This document shows, piece by piece, positions 38,567 through 52,180 of a stretch of DNA of 64,000 nt. The notes under the pieces were generated by a model. The model made no database searches, was not told the DNA's origin, and worked only from the letters and a program-made list of their open reading frames with translations. Source of the DNA: Eledone cirrhosa. Taxonomy: Eukaryota. A program made the translations under genes and the position numbers. The stretch is taken from positions 9,672,001-9,736,000 of the forward strand of contig OZ024753.1 in NCBI GenBank assembly GCA_964016885.1, written 5' to 3'. Position 1 is the first letter of the stretch, and the number at the start of each line of letters is the position of its first letter.

Positions 38567-40830
38567 TAGCTTGGAGATTAGAGAGTCACTCCAGGTATAG
38601 ACACTACTTCTCCGAATTGAGAAATCACAGCTCTGATATTATGAGCAAGTGGTTAGAATGTCTAAGGAAAGAATCCTTGGACAGATTTGTAGCTCGGATA
38701 TCAGAGAGTCACTCCAGGTATAGACACTATTTCTCCGAATTGAGAAATCACAGCTCTGATATTATGAGCATGTGGTTAGAATGTCTAAGGAAAGAATCCT
38801 TGGACAGATTTGTAGCTCGGATATCAGAGAGTCACTCCAGATATAGACACTATTTCTCCGAATTGAGAAATCACAGCTCTGATATTATGAGCATGTGGTT
38901 AGAATGTCTAAGGAAAGAATCCTTGGACAGATTTGTAGCTCGGATATCAGAGAGTCACTCCAGATATAGACACTATTTCTCCGAATTGAGAAATCACAGC
39001 TCTGATATTATGGGCAAGTGGTTAGAATGTCTCAGGAAAGAATCCTTGGACAGATTTGTAGCTCGGATATCAGAGAGTCACTCCAGATATAGACACTATT
39101 TCTCCGAATTGAGAAATCACAGCTCTGATATTATGGGCAAGTGGTTAGAATGTCTAAGGAAAGAATCCTTGGACAGATTTGTAGCTCGGATATCAGAGAG
39201 TCACTCCAGGTATAGACACTATTTCTCCGAATTGAGAAATCACAGCTCTGATATTATGAGCATGTGGTTAGAATGTCTAAGGAAAGAATCCTTGGACAGA
39301 TTTGTAGCTCGGATATCAGAGAGTCACTCCAGATATAGACACTATTTCTCCGAATTGAGAAATCACAGCTCTGATATTATGAGCAAGTGGTTAGAATGTC
39401 TCAGGAAAGAATCCTTGGACAGATTTGTAGCTCGGATATCAGAGAGTCACTCCAGGTATAGACACTATTTCTCCGAATTGAGAAATCACAGCTCTGATAT
39501 TATGAGCAAGTGGTTAGAATGTCTCAGGAAAGAATCCTTGGACAGATTTGTAGCTCGGATATCAGAGAGTCACTCCAGATATAGACACTATTTCTCCGAA
39601 TTGAGAAAACACAGCTCTGATATTATGAGCAAGTGGTTAGAATATCTCAGGAAAGAATCCTTGGACAGATTTGTAGCTCGGATATCAGAGAGTCACTCCA
39701 GATATAGACACTATTTCTCCGAATTGAGAAATCACAGCTCTGATATTATGAGCATGTGGTTAGAATGTCTCAGGAAAGAATCCTTGGACAGATTTGTAGC
39801 TCGGATATCAGAGAGTCACTCCAGATATAGACACTATTTCTCCGAATTGAGAAATCACAGCTCTGATATTATGAGCATGTGGTTAGAATGTCTAAGGAAA
39901 GAATCCTTGGACAGATTTGTAGCTCGGATATCAGAGAGTCACTCCAGATATAGACACTATTTCTCCGAATTGAGAAATCACAGCTCTGATATTATGGGCA
40001 TGTGGTTAGAATGTCTAAGGAAAGAATCCTTGGACAGATTTGTAGCTCGGATATCAGAGAGTCACTCCAGATATAGACACTATTTCTCCGAATTGAGAAA
40101 TCACAGCTCTGATATTATGAGCATGTGGTTAGAATGTCTAAGGAAAGAATCCTTGGACAGATTTGTAGCTCGGATATCAGACAGTCACTCCAGGTATAGA
40201 CACTATTTCTCCGAATTGAGAAATCACAGCTCTGATGTTATGAGCAAGTGGTTAGAATGTCTCAGGAAAGAATCCTTGGACAGATTTGTAGCTCGGATAT
40301 CAGAGAGTCACTCCAGATATAGACACTATTTCTCCGAATTGAGAAATCACAGCTCTGATATTATGAGCAAGTGGTTAGAATATCTCAGGAAAGAATCCTT
40401 GGACAGATTTGTAGCTCGGATATCAGAGAGTCACTCCAGGTATAGACACTATTTCTCCGAATTGAGAAATCACAGCTCTGATATTATGAGCAAGTGGTTA
40501 GAATGTCTCAGGAAAGAATCCTTGGACAGATTTGTAGCTCGGATATCAGAGAGTCACTCCAGATATAGACACTATTTCTCCGAATTGAGAAATCACAGCT
40601 CTGATATTATGAGCATGTGGTTAGAATGTCTCAGGAAAGATTTAACAAGCAAAACCAACTGGCAGAAGATCCAGAGCAAGATTAATGGATAACATCCATG
40701 AGCTAAGCTAGTCTCACTTAAGAATCCAGCTGGATCAATTAGAAGTGGTTCCTTCTGACAGGACCCGCTAGAAGGAGTGTTTGATCACTCTACCTCCATA
40801 ACACTCTCAGCAATGAGGAGGAGGAGGAGA
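38567..40830 (+). repeat. 123-bp satellite (~17 copies) derived from an RTE C-terminal segment, followed by the RTE 3' end
   Basis: RTE frame reads IRESLQ..LRIEKSQL*YY..VVRMS.ER with a stop in every unit; 40640-40830 homologous to 49790-49990. Confidence 0.92.
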
Positions 40831-41469
40831 AAAAGAAGAAGAGATATCTGGTGATGAAGTTATAAAATGTGGGTGGGGAGTGACATGGAAACATTGGTTC
40901 ACTACCGTAAACCATTCAATAACTTTAGTCAATCTAAAAAAACATTTTATTAGTGATAAAATTTATCTGAATAATTTAACTGTATGTATAATTTGACAGT
41001 TCGTATAATCCCAAGAGATAATTCTATTGCCAAAAAAATCATTAAAATTTTATTTTATTGTTATGATTATTTTATTTTTATTTTTTTATTGAGATGATTG
41101 TTTTTTTTTTGTTGTTTTTTTTGTTTTTTCTAAAAATATTGCCTTCAGTACATCAGAGAAATCTTTTTCTAAATGTTTACACCTATTTAAACAAATATTT
41201 TTAATCAAAATATAACAGTAATAGTGCATGTAACTTGTAATATATTTCTAAGAGATTGGAATATTTAACTTCAGTTAATATAGACAATCTAGAAATCATG
41301 TCACATAACACTACTGCTGTTTTTGCAAAGATGAGAGAAAATCAAATAGAATCAAATAAGCTTTGGTAGATGTGTAATGAGCATTAATGATGTAAGATAA
41401 ATAACCTGGGAGAAAAAATAGAATGAAATAAGCTTTGGTAGATGTGTAATGAGCATTAACGATGTAAGA

Positions 41470-41930
41470 TAAATAACGAAAGTAACTAGATTTTTGATGG
41501 AATAGAATGAAAGTAACTAGATGTTTGATGGAATAGAATGAAAGTAACTAGATTTTTGATGGAATAGAATGAAAGTAACTAGATGTTTGATGGAATAGAA
41601 TGAAAGTAACTAGATTTTTGATGGAATAGAATGAAAGTAACTAGATCTTTGATGGAATAGAATGAAAGTAACTAGATTTTTGATGGAATAGAATGAAAGT
41701 AACTCGATGTTTGATGGAATAGAATGAAAGTAACTAGATGTTTGATGGAATAGAATGAAAGTAACTAGATGTTTGATGGAATAGAATGAAAGTAACTAGA
41801 TGTTTGATGGAATAGAATGAAAGTAACTAGATGTTTGATGGAATAGAATGAAAGTAACTAGATGTTTGATGGAATAGAATGAAAGTAACTAGTTACTTTC
41901 ATTTTATTTAAAACTAGATGTTTGATGAAA
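41470..41930. repeat. 31-bp minisatellite, ~14 copies
   Basis: aaagtaactagatgtttgatggaatagaatg. Confidence 0.97.
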
Positions 41931-42349
41931 TAAAATGAATATCTATTGTCATTGAAATACGTATAACAGCTCATATAATAAAGGACCCTAACATCTTCAA
42001 CTTTGCAGACCAAACAACACCAGATTTTCACCATAGATGTAACTTTTTCCAAGTAAAAATTCTACTGAATTTTGTTAAAAGATTAAAGACATTATTTAAA
42101 TATTCTCTTCTTTAAAATTTCAAATGTCAACACTTCCGGTTATACGTCATTCCTCACTTTTTCTTATGACGTCGCACAACAGTCCCCTCTTTTTCTTAGT
42201 CTGTATGTCTGGCTGTCTGTGGTAGATAACGTTTTTCGAAATATTTACTTCTGCGTTCACAAACTGATTTTTTTAGTTTCAGAAGATCTCGTTAGGGGTG
42301 AAAGCAGCGATTCTTTCCATTGGTCTTTCCAATTGCTAATACTATATAT

Positions 42350-42488
42350 CTGTCACAACTCCAGGTAGAAGGAGCAAAGTGAAATAAAGAGCCTTGCTCA
42401 AGGACATAACGCATCACCTGGTCCAGAAATCGAACTGACAACCTCACGATTGTGAATCCAGTTCTTTAACCAATCAGCCAAACGCATT

Positions 42489-42492
<4 letters not shown>
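42350..42492 (-). mobile_element. Older tRNA/CORE SINE head fragment
   Basis: ggagcaaagtgaaataaag..ttgctcaagga..atcgaac. Confidence 0.7.
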
Positions 42493-42530
<38 letters not shown>

Positions 42531-42532
<2 letters not shown>

Positions 42533-42862
42533 GGCACATCGCTTAGTGGTTAGAGCATTGGCGTTGCAATCGAAAGGTTGTGAGTTCAATTCTCAGACCG
42601 GGTGATGTGTTGTTTCCTTGAGCAAGACACTTTATTTCACATTGCTCCAGTTTACTCAGCTGTAGAAATAAGATGACTGGGGTCCCTATCATTCCACTGC
42701 AAAGTGGTCGTGGAGGTGCCACGGCAAAAAAGCACCCAGCACTCACTGTAAATGAGGTTGGTGTTAGGAAGGGCATCCAGCTGTAGAAATCAAGCCAGAA
42801 TCAGTTCCCGTCCCACCCTTGCAAGCAGGGAAAAGCGGACGTAAAATGAAATGATGAAATGA
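42531..42862 (+). mobile_element. SINE family A
   Basis: Full-length copy. Confidence 0.92.
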
Positions 42863-42897
42863 TGTAATAAATATATATATATATATATACATATATA

Positions 42898-43290
42898 TCA
42901 TCATCATCAACGTTTAACGTCCGTATTCCACGCTTGCATGGGTTTGGACGGGGGTATTCCCACTTGAGGCAAGAGTGATTGTCTTGCTCGCATAGGACTG
43001 TCTGGCAGGTTTTCTACAGTTGGATGCCCTTCCTAACACCAACCACATTTACAGTGTGGGTCTGGGAGGTTTTTACCGTGTTGCCTACACGGCCACATTA
43101 CAGCGTGGACTGTGTGTTTTTTTGTCGTGACACCTACACGATTTCATTTGTTTCGGCCTGGATGGTGTGACACCAACATAACTTTACATAGAAGGGGGCG
43201 GTGTGGATGGGGTAGGGGTGGTGGGACGGGGGTGTATTTTGTTAGAGATGCCTACTGACTGTAGTAGGTTTTACTTTATAGTAGGTTTTA
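42898..43290 (-). mobile_element. RTE 3'UTR-only element
   Basis: Homologous to 15660-16072; near-identical inverted copy at 46716-47120. Confidence 0.85.
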
Positions 43291-43579
43291 CATATATATA
43301 TGTCATCATCATCGTTTTATGTTAGCTTTTCCATGCTTGCATGGGTTTGATGTGGCTATTCCAGTACAGCATTCCTCTATTCACTTGAGGTCACAGAGGA
43401 GATGACGAAGGTCCACGATGAGTGGAGTGTGAGTGTGTGTAAAGCAAAGAAAAGAACAGTCAATATATATATGATGGAAGTTGAAAATCTATACAATAAA
43501 AGAGGACCCCTTTCTCTACCTGACTATCTGTCACATATATGTAGGAGGGAAAGGGGGGTGGGATGCCACCCCTTTTTAA

Positions 43580-44713
43580 CCCTTTAACATTTACATTATT
43601 CTATATATACTATTGTATTTTCGTGGCAAAGGCTTTATCTCACACTAGCAGTGGTACCCAGCATTGCACGGGATAAGGTATTTTATAATGCGGGCCGCCA
43701 ACAGACTTAATCGTGGAAAAACTGCATGCCCCGACAATATGTAAAGAAAATAAGCCGAATACTCTGATGGCTGGATAATCTTTAAGATTTTCCTCGATGA
43801 AGCAGGAAAAATGCAGGTTTTCACCTAATGTGGGCCCTAGGGGATCAAGATAATGAATTTTTTTCATGTGCATAATATGCCTTGAAATTTCGGGAAAATT
43901 TGCTAGACGTAACGCCTAAAAAAGCTTTAAAAAGCTGAAAAAAATGAAGTTTTTCACCTAATGCGGGCTCCATTAAAAGTTGGATTTTCTTTGCTCACGG
44001 TATGAAGAAGAGATTGACTAATACATAGTTACCGGCTTTCATTTTTAGTGTTGTGTGAAATATATAACCGCCTTAGCTAAGCTTAGTATTGACACAACCA
44101 CGGCTGGCAAAGAAGTAAGGGTCTGGTGGTATGTAAGTAAGCAACACTGTGGCTTAAAACGTGAGGAAGAAGTTGTGTGCACTTACCAACTGTTTGGGGA
44201 ATGGGTGTGAGATTTGTCTTGAGCAAGGGTAGCAGAATAACCGGAGGCAGCAGACAGCCAGACATACAGACAGATATTATAAGGGTGCATTCTGGACGGA
44301 GAGGGAATTGTGGGAAGTGATGTAATGCAGACAGTCAGACATACAGACAGATATTATAAGGGCGCGACTAACAGAAAGACTAAGAATTATAGAGAGAGAT
44401 CGCTAAATCGCCTAATGCGGTCGCTAGGGCATTGAAAATTTGCTCAGAACACTGCCTGAAACATAAGTATTACATGTGTAAAGTTTGAAAAAAGTCGGTT
44501 GGGTACTTCTCTAGTTTTAGGGGATTCAAACTCACACACACACAGACATCCTCAGTTTTATATATATACATAATATCGAATCTATGAGATTTTGATATTA
44601 TTTATTTTGAGAACAATACCTTAACATCAGTATGAGTGGCCAATTGCAGCCGGTTTGAACAGAAAAAGGTAGGAGAATTCTGACCGGATACGACCGGTTT
44701 AAATGTTAAAGGG
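43580..44713 (-). mobile_element. piggyBac-like MITE interrupted by a Helitron
   Basis: ttaa|ccctttaacattta ... taaatgttaaaggg; ends homologous to 60961-61340. Confidence 0.8.
43645..44570 (-). mobile_element. Non-autonomous Helitron
   Basis: Minus strand ends cccgtgcaatgctggg hairpin + CTAG; inserted between A and T without TSD; begins tgtatatatataaaactgagg (TG rather than canonical TC). Confidence 0.8.
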
Positions 44714-46029
44714 TTTTAGTGGAGAGGAGAAGGGGGATAACTTATGTCATGCTTATAGTTTATTGTAAGGGTTAGAGGTAATAAGTAGGTGAACGTGCAG
44801 TGAGGTGGGGTGGGGGTGAAAAGGGGTGGGGCTGAAGTGGGATGCAGTGGGGTGGGGGTACCTAGTATTTACATCAACAGTATGAATTATTCTTTGTATT
44901 ACTGAACAGTTTTGTTGTAAAATCGACCAATTCTTTCAGATGCAATAAAAGTGAAATCTGAAATGGAGAAGCTGGTGAAGTGGCATTTTAAGAAGACGTG
45001 GTGTTAAATCAACTATTGTAACACAAGTTGGCAACACTTATGAAGTTTGATAAGTTATTTAAACTTGAAAAATCTATGCCCTCGACTCACTGATGAAGCT
45101 ACAAGGCTACAAGGCTATAATAAAAAATATATATTAGTTTTATTTCTTGCAGTTCAACAACCAAACCTATACACACGTACACATACATGTACAAACTCTC
45201 TCTCACACACACCTTACCATCTCAGTGGGATGACATGGGTGTGTTTACATTTAAAAGAGAGTAAATGAATGAGAAGAAGAAATAAATTGAAATATAGATT
45301 AACAGTAAGAATCTGAAGAAAGAATGTAAAAGTATGCAGTATGCAGAGAGCTGGAAATGGTGTTTGTTTTTACCCACACTTCAGCTCTTCTTTTTTCTCT
45401 CTCCCACTCCCGCTCCAATAGAATGTTCATTCTTTTAACATTACTTTTTTCTGTCTATATGCCAAAATTTGTGAGGATTCATTGAGAAATGATGATGTTG
45501 TTCCGAAAAAAATAGCAACATGACAATATATAACCCATGCTAGCGTGGAAGATAGACGTTAAACGATGATGATGATGATGATGATGACAACTAGTAATTA
45601 AGGACAAAATGAAGACATACAGGCACACACAAAAACAAAGCAAATGAAACACACACAGATAGAACAAACAACCAACTAGTGACAAGTAAATAAACACATA
45701 AATAAATAAATAAAAACACACCCACACACATGTATGTAATGCATGCGCAAACTAAGCACACAACACACAAGCACAGAAAAACAAGAAGGTGTAGGATAGA
45801 ACAAAGGAGAGACACAAAATAAAAACCTAGTCACTGAGGAGGTCACAGAATGTGTGACGAAAGAGCTTTGACAATATTTAAACAACTATCCGGTTATCGA
45901 ACCAGCCAACCAATCAACCGGAAATTTAAAATAAATTGAAGGGAAAACCAACAGGTGCATGTATTTTTATTGGCAGCATGACCCTCCCAAAGTATAACAA
46001 CATATATATATGCCCCCACACCCCCCCAC

Positions 46030-46300
46030 CGCAAGGTGGTCGTGGAGGTGCCATGGCAAAAAAGCACCCAGCCCACACTGTAAAGTGAACGTGTAGGCGC
46101 CACGAAAAAGCACCCAGCACTCACTGTAAATGAGGTTGGTGTTAGGAAGGGCATCCAGCTGTAGAAATCAAGCCAGATCAGTTCCTGTATGAGCAAGGCA
46201 TGGTCAGCCGACCAGACACTGCCCACAACAGGACAACCCGTCTAATCCATGCTAGCGTGGAAGAACGGACGTAAAACGGTGATGATGATGATGATGATGA
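46030..46300 (+). mobile_element. SINE/RTE-tail 3' fragment
   Basis: cactgtaaa modules, ttaggaagggcatccagc, (GAT)n tail. Confidence 0.8.
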
Positions 46301-46715
46301 TATATATATATATATATCATCATCATCATCGTTTAACGTCCGTGTTCCATGCTTGCATGGGTTTGGACGTAAAATGATGATGATGATGATGATGATAATA
46401 TATATATATATATATATATATCTTAAGCATTAGGTGAGTGTGCATGTCTGTCTGTGTATGTGTTATTAATAAGAAAAGTTGAAATTAACGCACGCAAGAT
46501 ATCACAGCTCTAGCATCAACCCTTCGTAGTCAGCTTATGAATATTTCAGCTGACATAGCTATATCTAGATATCTTCGTGTTGGTCTGTGATGGCTGTAAA
46601 CAATACATAACATAGTTATCTCTACATATCCTGATCTCTTGGAATTAGATAAATGTGATTCTGACACAATGCTGAAAGCTTTAAAATCGGAATTAATGAG
46701 AGTAAAAAATTATAT

Positions 46716-47120
46716 TTACCTAAATATATAGTAAAACCTACTCCAGCCAGTAGGCATCTCTAACAAAATACACCCCGTCCCACCCCCACCACCCCCACCC
46801 CATCCACACCACCCCGTTCTATGTAAAGTTATGTTGGTGCCGCGCCATCCAGGCCGAAACAAATGAGATCGGGTAGGTGTCACGACAAAAAAACACACAG
46901 TCCACGCTGTAATGTGGCCGTGTAGGCAACACGGTAAAAACCTCCCAGACCCACACTGTAAATGTGGTTGGTGTTAGGAAGGGCATCCAACTGTAGAAAA
47001 CCTGCCAGACAGTCCTATGCGAGCAAGACAATCACTCTTGCCTCAAGTGGGACTACCCACGTCCAAACCCATGCAAGCGTGGAACACGGACGTTAAACGT
47101 TGATGATGATGATGATGATG
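46716..47120 (+). mobile_element. RTE 3'UTR-only element
   Basis: Inverted partner of 42898-43290. Confidence 0.85.
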
Positions 47121-47157
47121 ATATATATATATATATGTGTGTGAGTGTGTGTGTGTA

Positions 47158-47199
<42 letters not shown>

Positions 47200-47277
47200 C
47201 ACACACATATTTTTATATATATATATATATAAATAAATATATATAAAAATATGTGTGTGTGTATATATATATATATA

Positions 47278-47618
47278 TCATCATCATCATCATCATTTTA
47301 CGTCCGCTTTTCCCTGCTTGCAAGGGTGGGACGGGAACTGATTCTGGCTTGATTTCTACAGCTGGATGCCCTTCCTAACACCAACCTCATTTACAGTGAG
47401 TGCTGGGTGCTTTTTTGCTGTGGCACCTCCACGACCACTTTGCAGTGGAATGATATGGAACCCAGTCCTATCATCTCATTTCTACAGCTGAGTAAGCTGG
47501 AGTAATGTGAAATAAAGTGTCTTGCTCAAGGAAACAATACATCACCTGGTCCGAGAATTAAACTCACAACCTTTCGATTGCAAGGCCAATGCTCTAACCA
47601 CTAAGCCATGTGCCTCCA
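47278..47618 (-). mobile_element. SINE family A
   Basis: Full-length copy. Confidence 0.92.
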
Positions 47619-47667
47619 TTATATATATATAAAAATATATATATATATAAATAAATAAATATATATA

Positions 47668-47706
<39 letters not shown>

Positions 47707-47799
47707 AATATATATATATATATGAATAAATATCTATAATTGTATATATCTTGTATATAAATAAATATATATGTGTGTATATATATATGTGTATATATA

Positions 47800-47851
<52 letters not shown>

Positions 47852-47924
47852 TAAATATCTATAATTGTATATATCTTGTATATAAATAAATATATATGTG
47901 TGTATATATATATGTGTATATATA

Positions 47925-47984
<60 letters not shown>

Positions 47985-47997
47985 TATATATATTTAT

Positions 47998-48040
<43 letters not shown>

Positions 48041-48369
48041 TATATACATACATATATATACACACACACATATACATATATACACACACACATATACATA
48101 CATACATATATATGTATACACACACACACATATATATTTATATACACACACACATACATACATACATACATATATATGTATACACACACACACATATATA
48201 TTTATATACACACATACATATATACACACACACACACATATATATATATATACACACATATACATATATATATACACACACATATACATATATATATACA
48301 CACACACATGTACATATATATATACACACACACATGTACATACATATATATATATACACACACATATAC

Positions 48370-48402
<33 letters not shown>

Positions 48403-48904
48403 TGTACATACATTATATATATGTGTGTGTGTATATATATAAACACAAAGTTGTAATTATTGGCATAGATGCTGCTATAATGGCTGGATTTATTGAAATG
48501 TTAAAGCCAAAATTCCTTCAATTATTTCAATTCTCTGCATATGTCACTCTCTTCAATTAACGGTCTTTCATGTTTCCCTGTCTGCCAATGAAATTTGGAA
48601 ATTCTGATAATAGAAATACACAATTGGTTTTCTCGTCATTTACACAGATGACATATAAAATCCTATTTAATGTAATTAAGGATGGAGAAAATCCATTTAA
48701 AATTCCAACAAACTTCAAAACTAGGTTAATCTACTGACTTGTAATATTGGAGAATATTTGATTCCCAAGCCCCTTTTTTCTTTTGTTGTAATAGTCCTTT
48801 ACTTAGCATATTTTTAACGAAAGACACAACCTATGATTTCCAAAAAGGTTTTGACAAAAAATTCAAAAATTTGGAAAAATTTAGTCATATGTTTTCAATT
48901 TTAA

Positions 48905-49250
48905 GTATTGATCCCTCTACGGGATCGATAAAATAAAGTACCAGTAACGCAGTGGGTTCAATTTAACCGACTTTCTCTTCCCCCCAAATTGTTGGCCTTG
49001 TGCCTAAATCTGAAACCATTGATAACTTCGATAGGTTTTGGCCAGTATTGGCCCAGGCCATGTCTAACTTAATAGCACCACATGGATTACATTGGTGTTT
49101 TGATTTCAAATCCTGCCAAGGTTAGCTTTGCCTTCCATCTTTACAGGGGCTGATAAAATCAAGTACCAGTAATGCACTGGGGTTGGTTTAATTGACTTTT
49201 CACTTCCCCCCCAAAAAAAATTGTTAGCCTTGTGCTTAAATGAGAAACAA
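48905..49250 (+). mobile_element. Two degenerate SINE family B fragments
   Basis: gataaaat.aagtaccagtaa cores near 48928 and 49152. Confidence 0.75.
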
Positions 49251-49440
49251 GTATTAAGTTGGTGTTTAGAGCAAATAATATCAAAGATTCTAACAAAAAG
49301 TTCTGAAGAAAGGTTTTAGATAAATATATTTTTAAACGAACAGTTTTATATGATAGAATGACAAGCAATTTTAGGTGGTTTGTTATTGAATGGTTTAAGT
49401 CAGGTTTAAATATATTATGGAAGAAATAAAAACTATAGAT

Positions 49441-49712
49441 CAGGCATGTCAAATATGCGGCTCGCTGGCCACATACAGCCCTTTACAAGCACACCTGTGG
49501 CCCACACAAAGGTTTTTACAGCGCGAGCATGTTTTATCTATAAAATGAAAAAAAATAGTTGTAATGTGCGCAATTAGTTGTCATATGTGGCCCTCAGACA
49601 ACACATATGTGACCCATGTGGCTCTCAGACAACACATGTGACCCATGTGGTCCTCAGACAACACATATGTGACCCATGTGGCCCTCTGGGGACCCTCAGT
49701 TTGACATGCCTC
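49441..49712 (-). mobile_element. hAT-type MITE with internal ~30-bp tandem repeat
   Basis: TIR caggcatgtcaaa/tttgacatgcctc; 8-bp TSD ctatagat. Confidence 0.92.
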
Positions 49713-49789
49713 CTATAGATAATATTATGAACAATGGAGAAGTGTACATAAGATAGCTATTTCTTTTATGCTTATCCTTCATTTTTGCC

Positions 49790-50600
49790 CACTTATTCCT
49801 GAGAGGGTCACGAAGGCGGAGTCCTCAAACACTCCTTCTGGTGGGTCTTGTCAGAAGCAACCATCTACAATTGATTTGCCTGGATCCCCAAACAAGACCA
49901 GTCAAGTTCATGGATGTTATCCAAACATCTTGCTTGGGGTCTACTCCTGGGTCTACTCCTGCCAGCTGGTTTTGCTCATAAAACCTGTCCAGAGATATTC
50001 TAACCACATGCCTGTAATATCGGAGCTGTGATCTTTCAATTTGGAGAAGTAGCAGCTCTATCTGGAGTGACTCTCTGATCTCCAAGCTACAAATCTGTCC
50101 AGCAATTCTTTCCTGAGACGTTATAACCACATGCCCATAGTATCGGAGCTGTGATCTCTTAATTTGGAGAAGTAGCAGCTCTACCTGGAGTGACTCTCTG
50201 ATCTCCATAGCTACAAATCTGTCCAGTAATTCTTTCCAGAGACGTTATAACCACATGCCCATAGTATCGGAACTGTGATCTCTTAATTTGGAGAAGTAGC
50301 AGCTCTACCTGGAGTGACTCTCTGATCTCCATAGCTACAAATCTGTCCAGTAATTCTTTCCAGAGACGTTATAACCACATGCCCATAGTATCGGAACTGT
50401 GATCTCTTAATTTGGAGAAGTAGCAGCTCTACCTGGAGTGACTCTCTGATCTCCATAGCTACAAATCTGTCCAGCAATTCTTTCCGGAGACGTTATAACC
50501 ACATGCCCATAGTATCGGAACTGTGATCTCTTAATTTGGAGAAGTAACAGCTCAACCTGGGTGACTCTCTGATCTCCATAGCTATGCACTCTATCAAGTA
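49790..50600 (-). mobile_element. RTE 3' fragment with 123/124-bp unit repeated ~5 times
   Basis: EIRESLQVELLLLQIKRSQLRYYGHVV repeated, then GRSRPRSRP-like region and 3' end. Confidence 0.9.
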
Positions 50601-51039
50601 ATGCTTATTCAAACAGCTGAAATAAAGATTACCAGAAAACTTTGAAATTTTAAGAAATCTATCGGTATCCTCTGTTGGAAATGGTATTAAACCAGCTAAA
50701 AGACAGAAATCAATTTAATATTCAGGTACATCAAAGTAATCCATATCTGCTTCTGGGTGTAATTAAAGACCTTATAGACTGTGCTGCTTCAACTTTGATA
50801 ATTCTTCACTACTATGCATAAATAATGCTAAATTAAAGTTAAGAAATAAACTAGAATTGAAACTTCTCAATGCTGTGTTTAAAGTTTAGGTACAATTCTA
50901 AAGTTTAGTATACAGTACAATATATATTGCAGCAATTATAAGATCTTTCATAAAACTTTGCTAACTATAACACCATATTTATACAAATACTTCTGGGTCT
51001 GTCAAATCTACTTTCTTCAGTTGTATATGTGGGTAGACT

Positions 51040-51455
51040 AAATAGTTCATAGGCTGACTAGGAAAGAGTGATGCTAGCTAGCACTGTGAAACCTTACATG
51101 TATTAATTTCTGCATTGTTTCTTTCCAGGGACTATGTTGAAAGATAAACCACATTTGGTCATTCCATGAAAGTATCTTGGTCAGCCTATGAAAGAGTGAT
51201 GCTAGTACTGTGAAATCTTGCATGCATTAATTTCAACTTCATTGTTTCTTATGTTGAAAAATAAGCCACATTTGGTCATTTCATGAGAGTATCTTGGTCA
51301 GCCTATGAAAGGGTGATGCTAACACTGTGAAATTTTGCATATATTAATTTCAACTCTTATTAATAACTGCATTGTTTCTTTCCAGGGACTATGTTGAAAA
51401 ATGAGCCACATTTGGTCATTCCATGAGAGTATCTTGGTCAGCCTATGAACTTTGG
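51040..51455. mobile_element. Mariner-like MITE with internally triplicated segment
   Basis: gttcataggctgac / gtcagcctatgaac; ccacatttggtcatt..tcttggtcagcctatgaa x3. Confidence 0.6.
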
Positions 51456-52148
51456 AAACTTCTCAATGCTATTTCGTGTTTCTAGTTTAGTATAAGATAT
51501 AATATATGTTATGGCAATTAGGAGATCTCTAATAAAACTTTGCAAGCTATAAGAAAAAATACTTCTGGGCCTGTCAAATCTATTTCTTCATTCATACAGA
51601 TCAATCTTAAAGCAAGATAAATAAATTTTCATAGTATTTTCATTAGAATTACATTTTCTTTATTGTTATAATGTATTTCTCATAACTTTATTTTTAACTA
51701 ATTCATTTATAACTTTATTTTTAACTAATTCATTTAATGTTTTTGGCAAATTCTAGATATAAACCACAGCAGAGCTTGCAATAAAACTGAATTTTAATTT
51801 GGTACCCTGCATCATTCTTTGAAGAACTACAAGCAATCCAATGTCAACAATGCAATACATACATAAAACAGATGAATAAAAACAAAATGAGATGTAGCTA
51901 GAGTTGTACCCGAGATATTGCCACCTCAATATTAAAAATTAACAGAAGTTTCCCAAACAGAAAATGCTCTGAACTTCCAACTAAACCTAAGTACAATATT
52001 ATTACATCTTATCATTTCATTAGAAAGTGCTTTGAAAAAGCATTGAGGTATAAATACATATATGTATAAATATATATATGTATAAATACATATATATATA
52101 GAGAGAGAGAGAGAAATATATAGATATCTAGAGGGAGAGAAAAAAAAA

Positions 52149-52180
<32 letters not shown>

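Noticed and set aside
38617-40692. 691-aa ORF as a bona fide gene
   Set aside because: Listed start is TTG; it is an alternative frame of an RTE-derived 123-bp satellite; kept only as a low-interest finding
42120-42340. Promoter (ETS cacttccgg, CRE-like tgacgtc, CCAAT)
   Set aside because: Shares gtctgtatgtctggctgtctg with the Helitron interior at ~44251, so more likely a TE fragment; no downstream gene seen
45085-45130. ctcaCTGATGAagc as a hammerhead
   Set aside because: No downstream GAAA-stem III-NUH; at most a remnant
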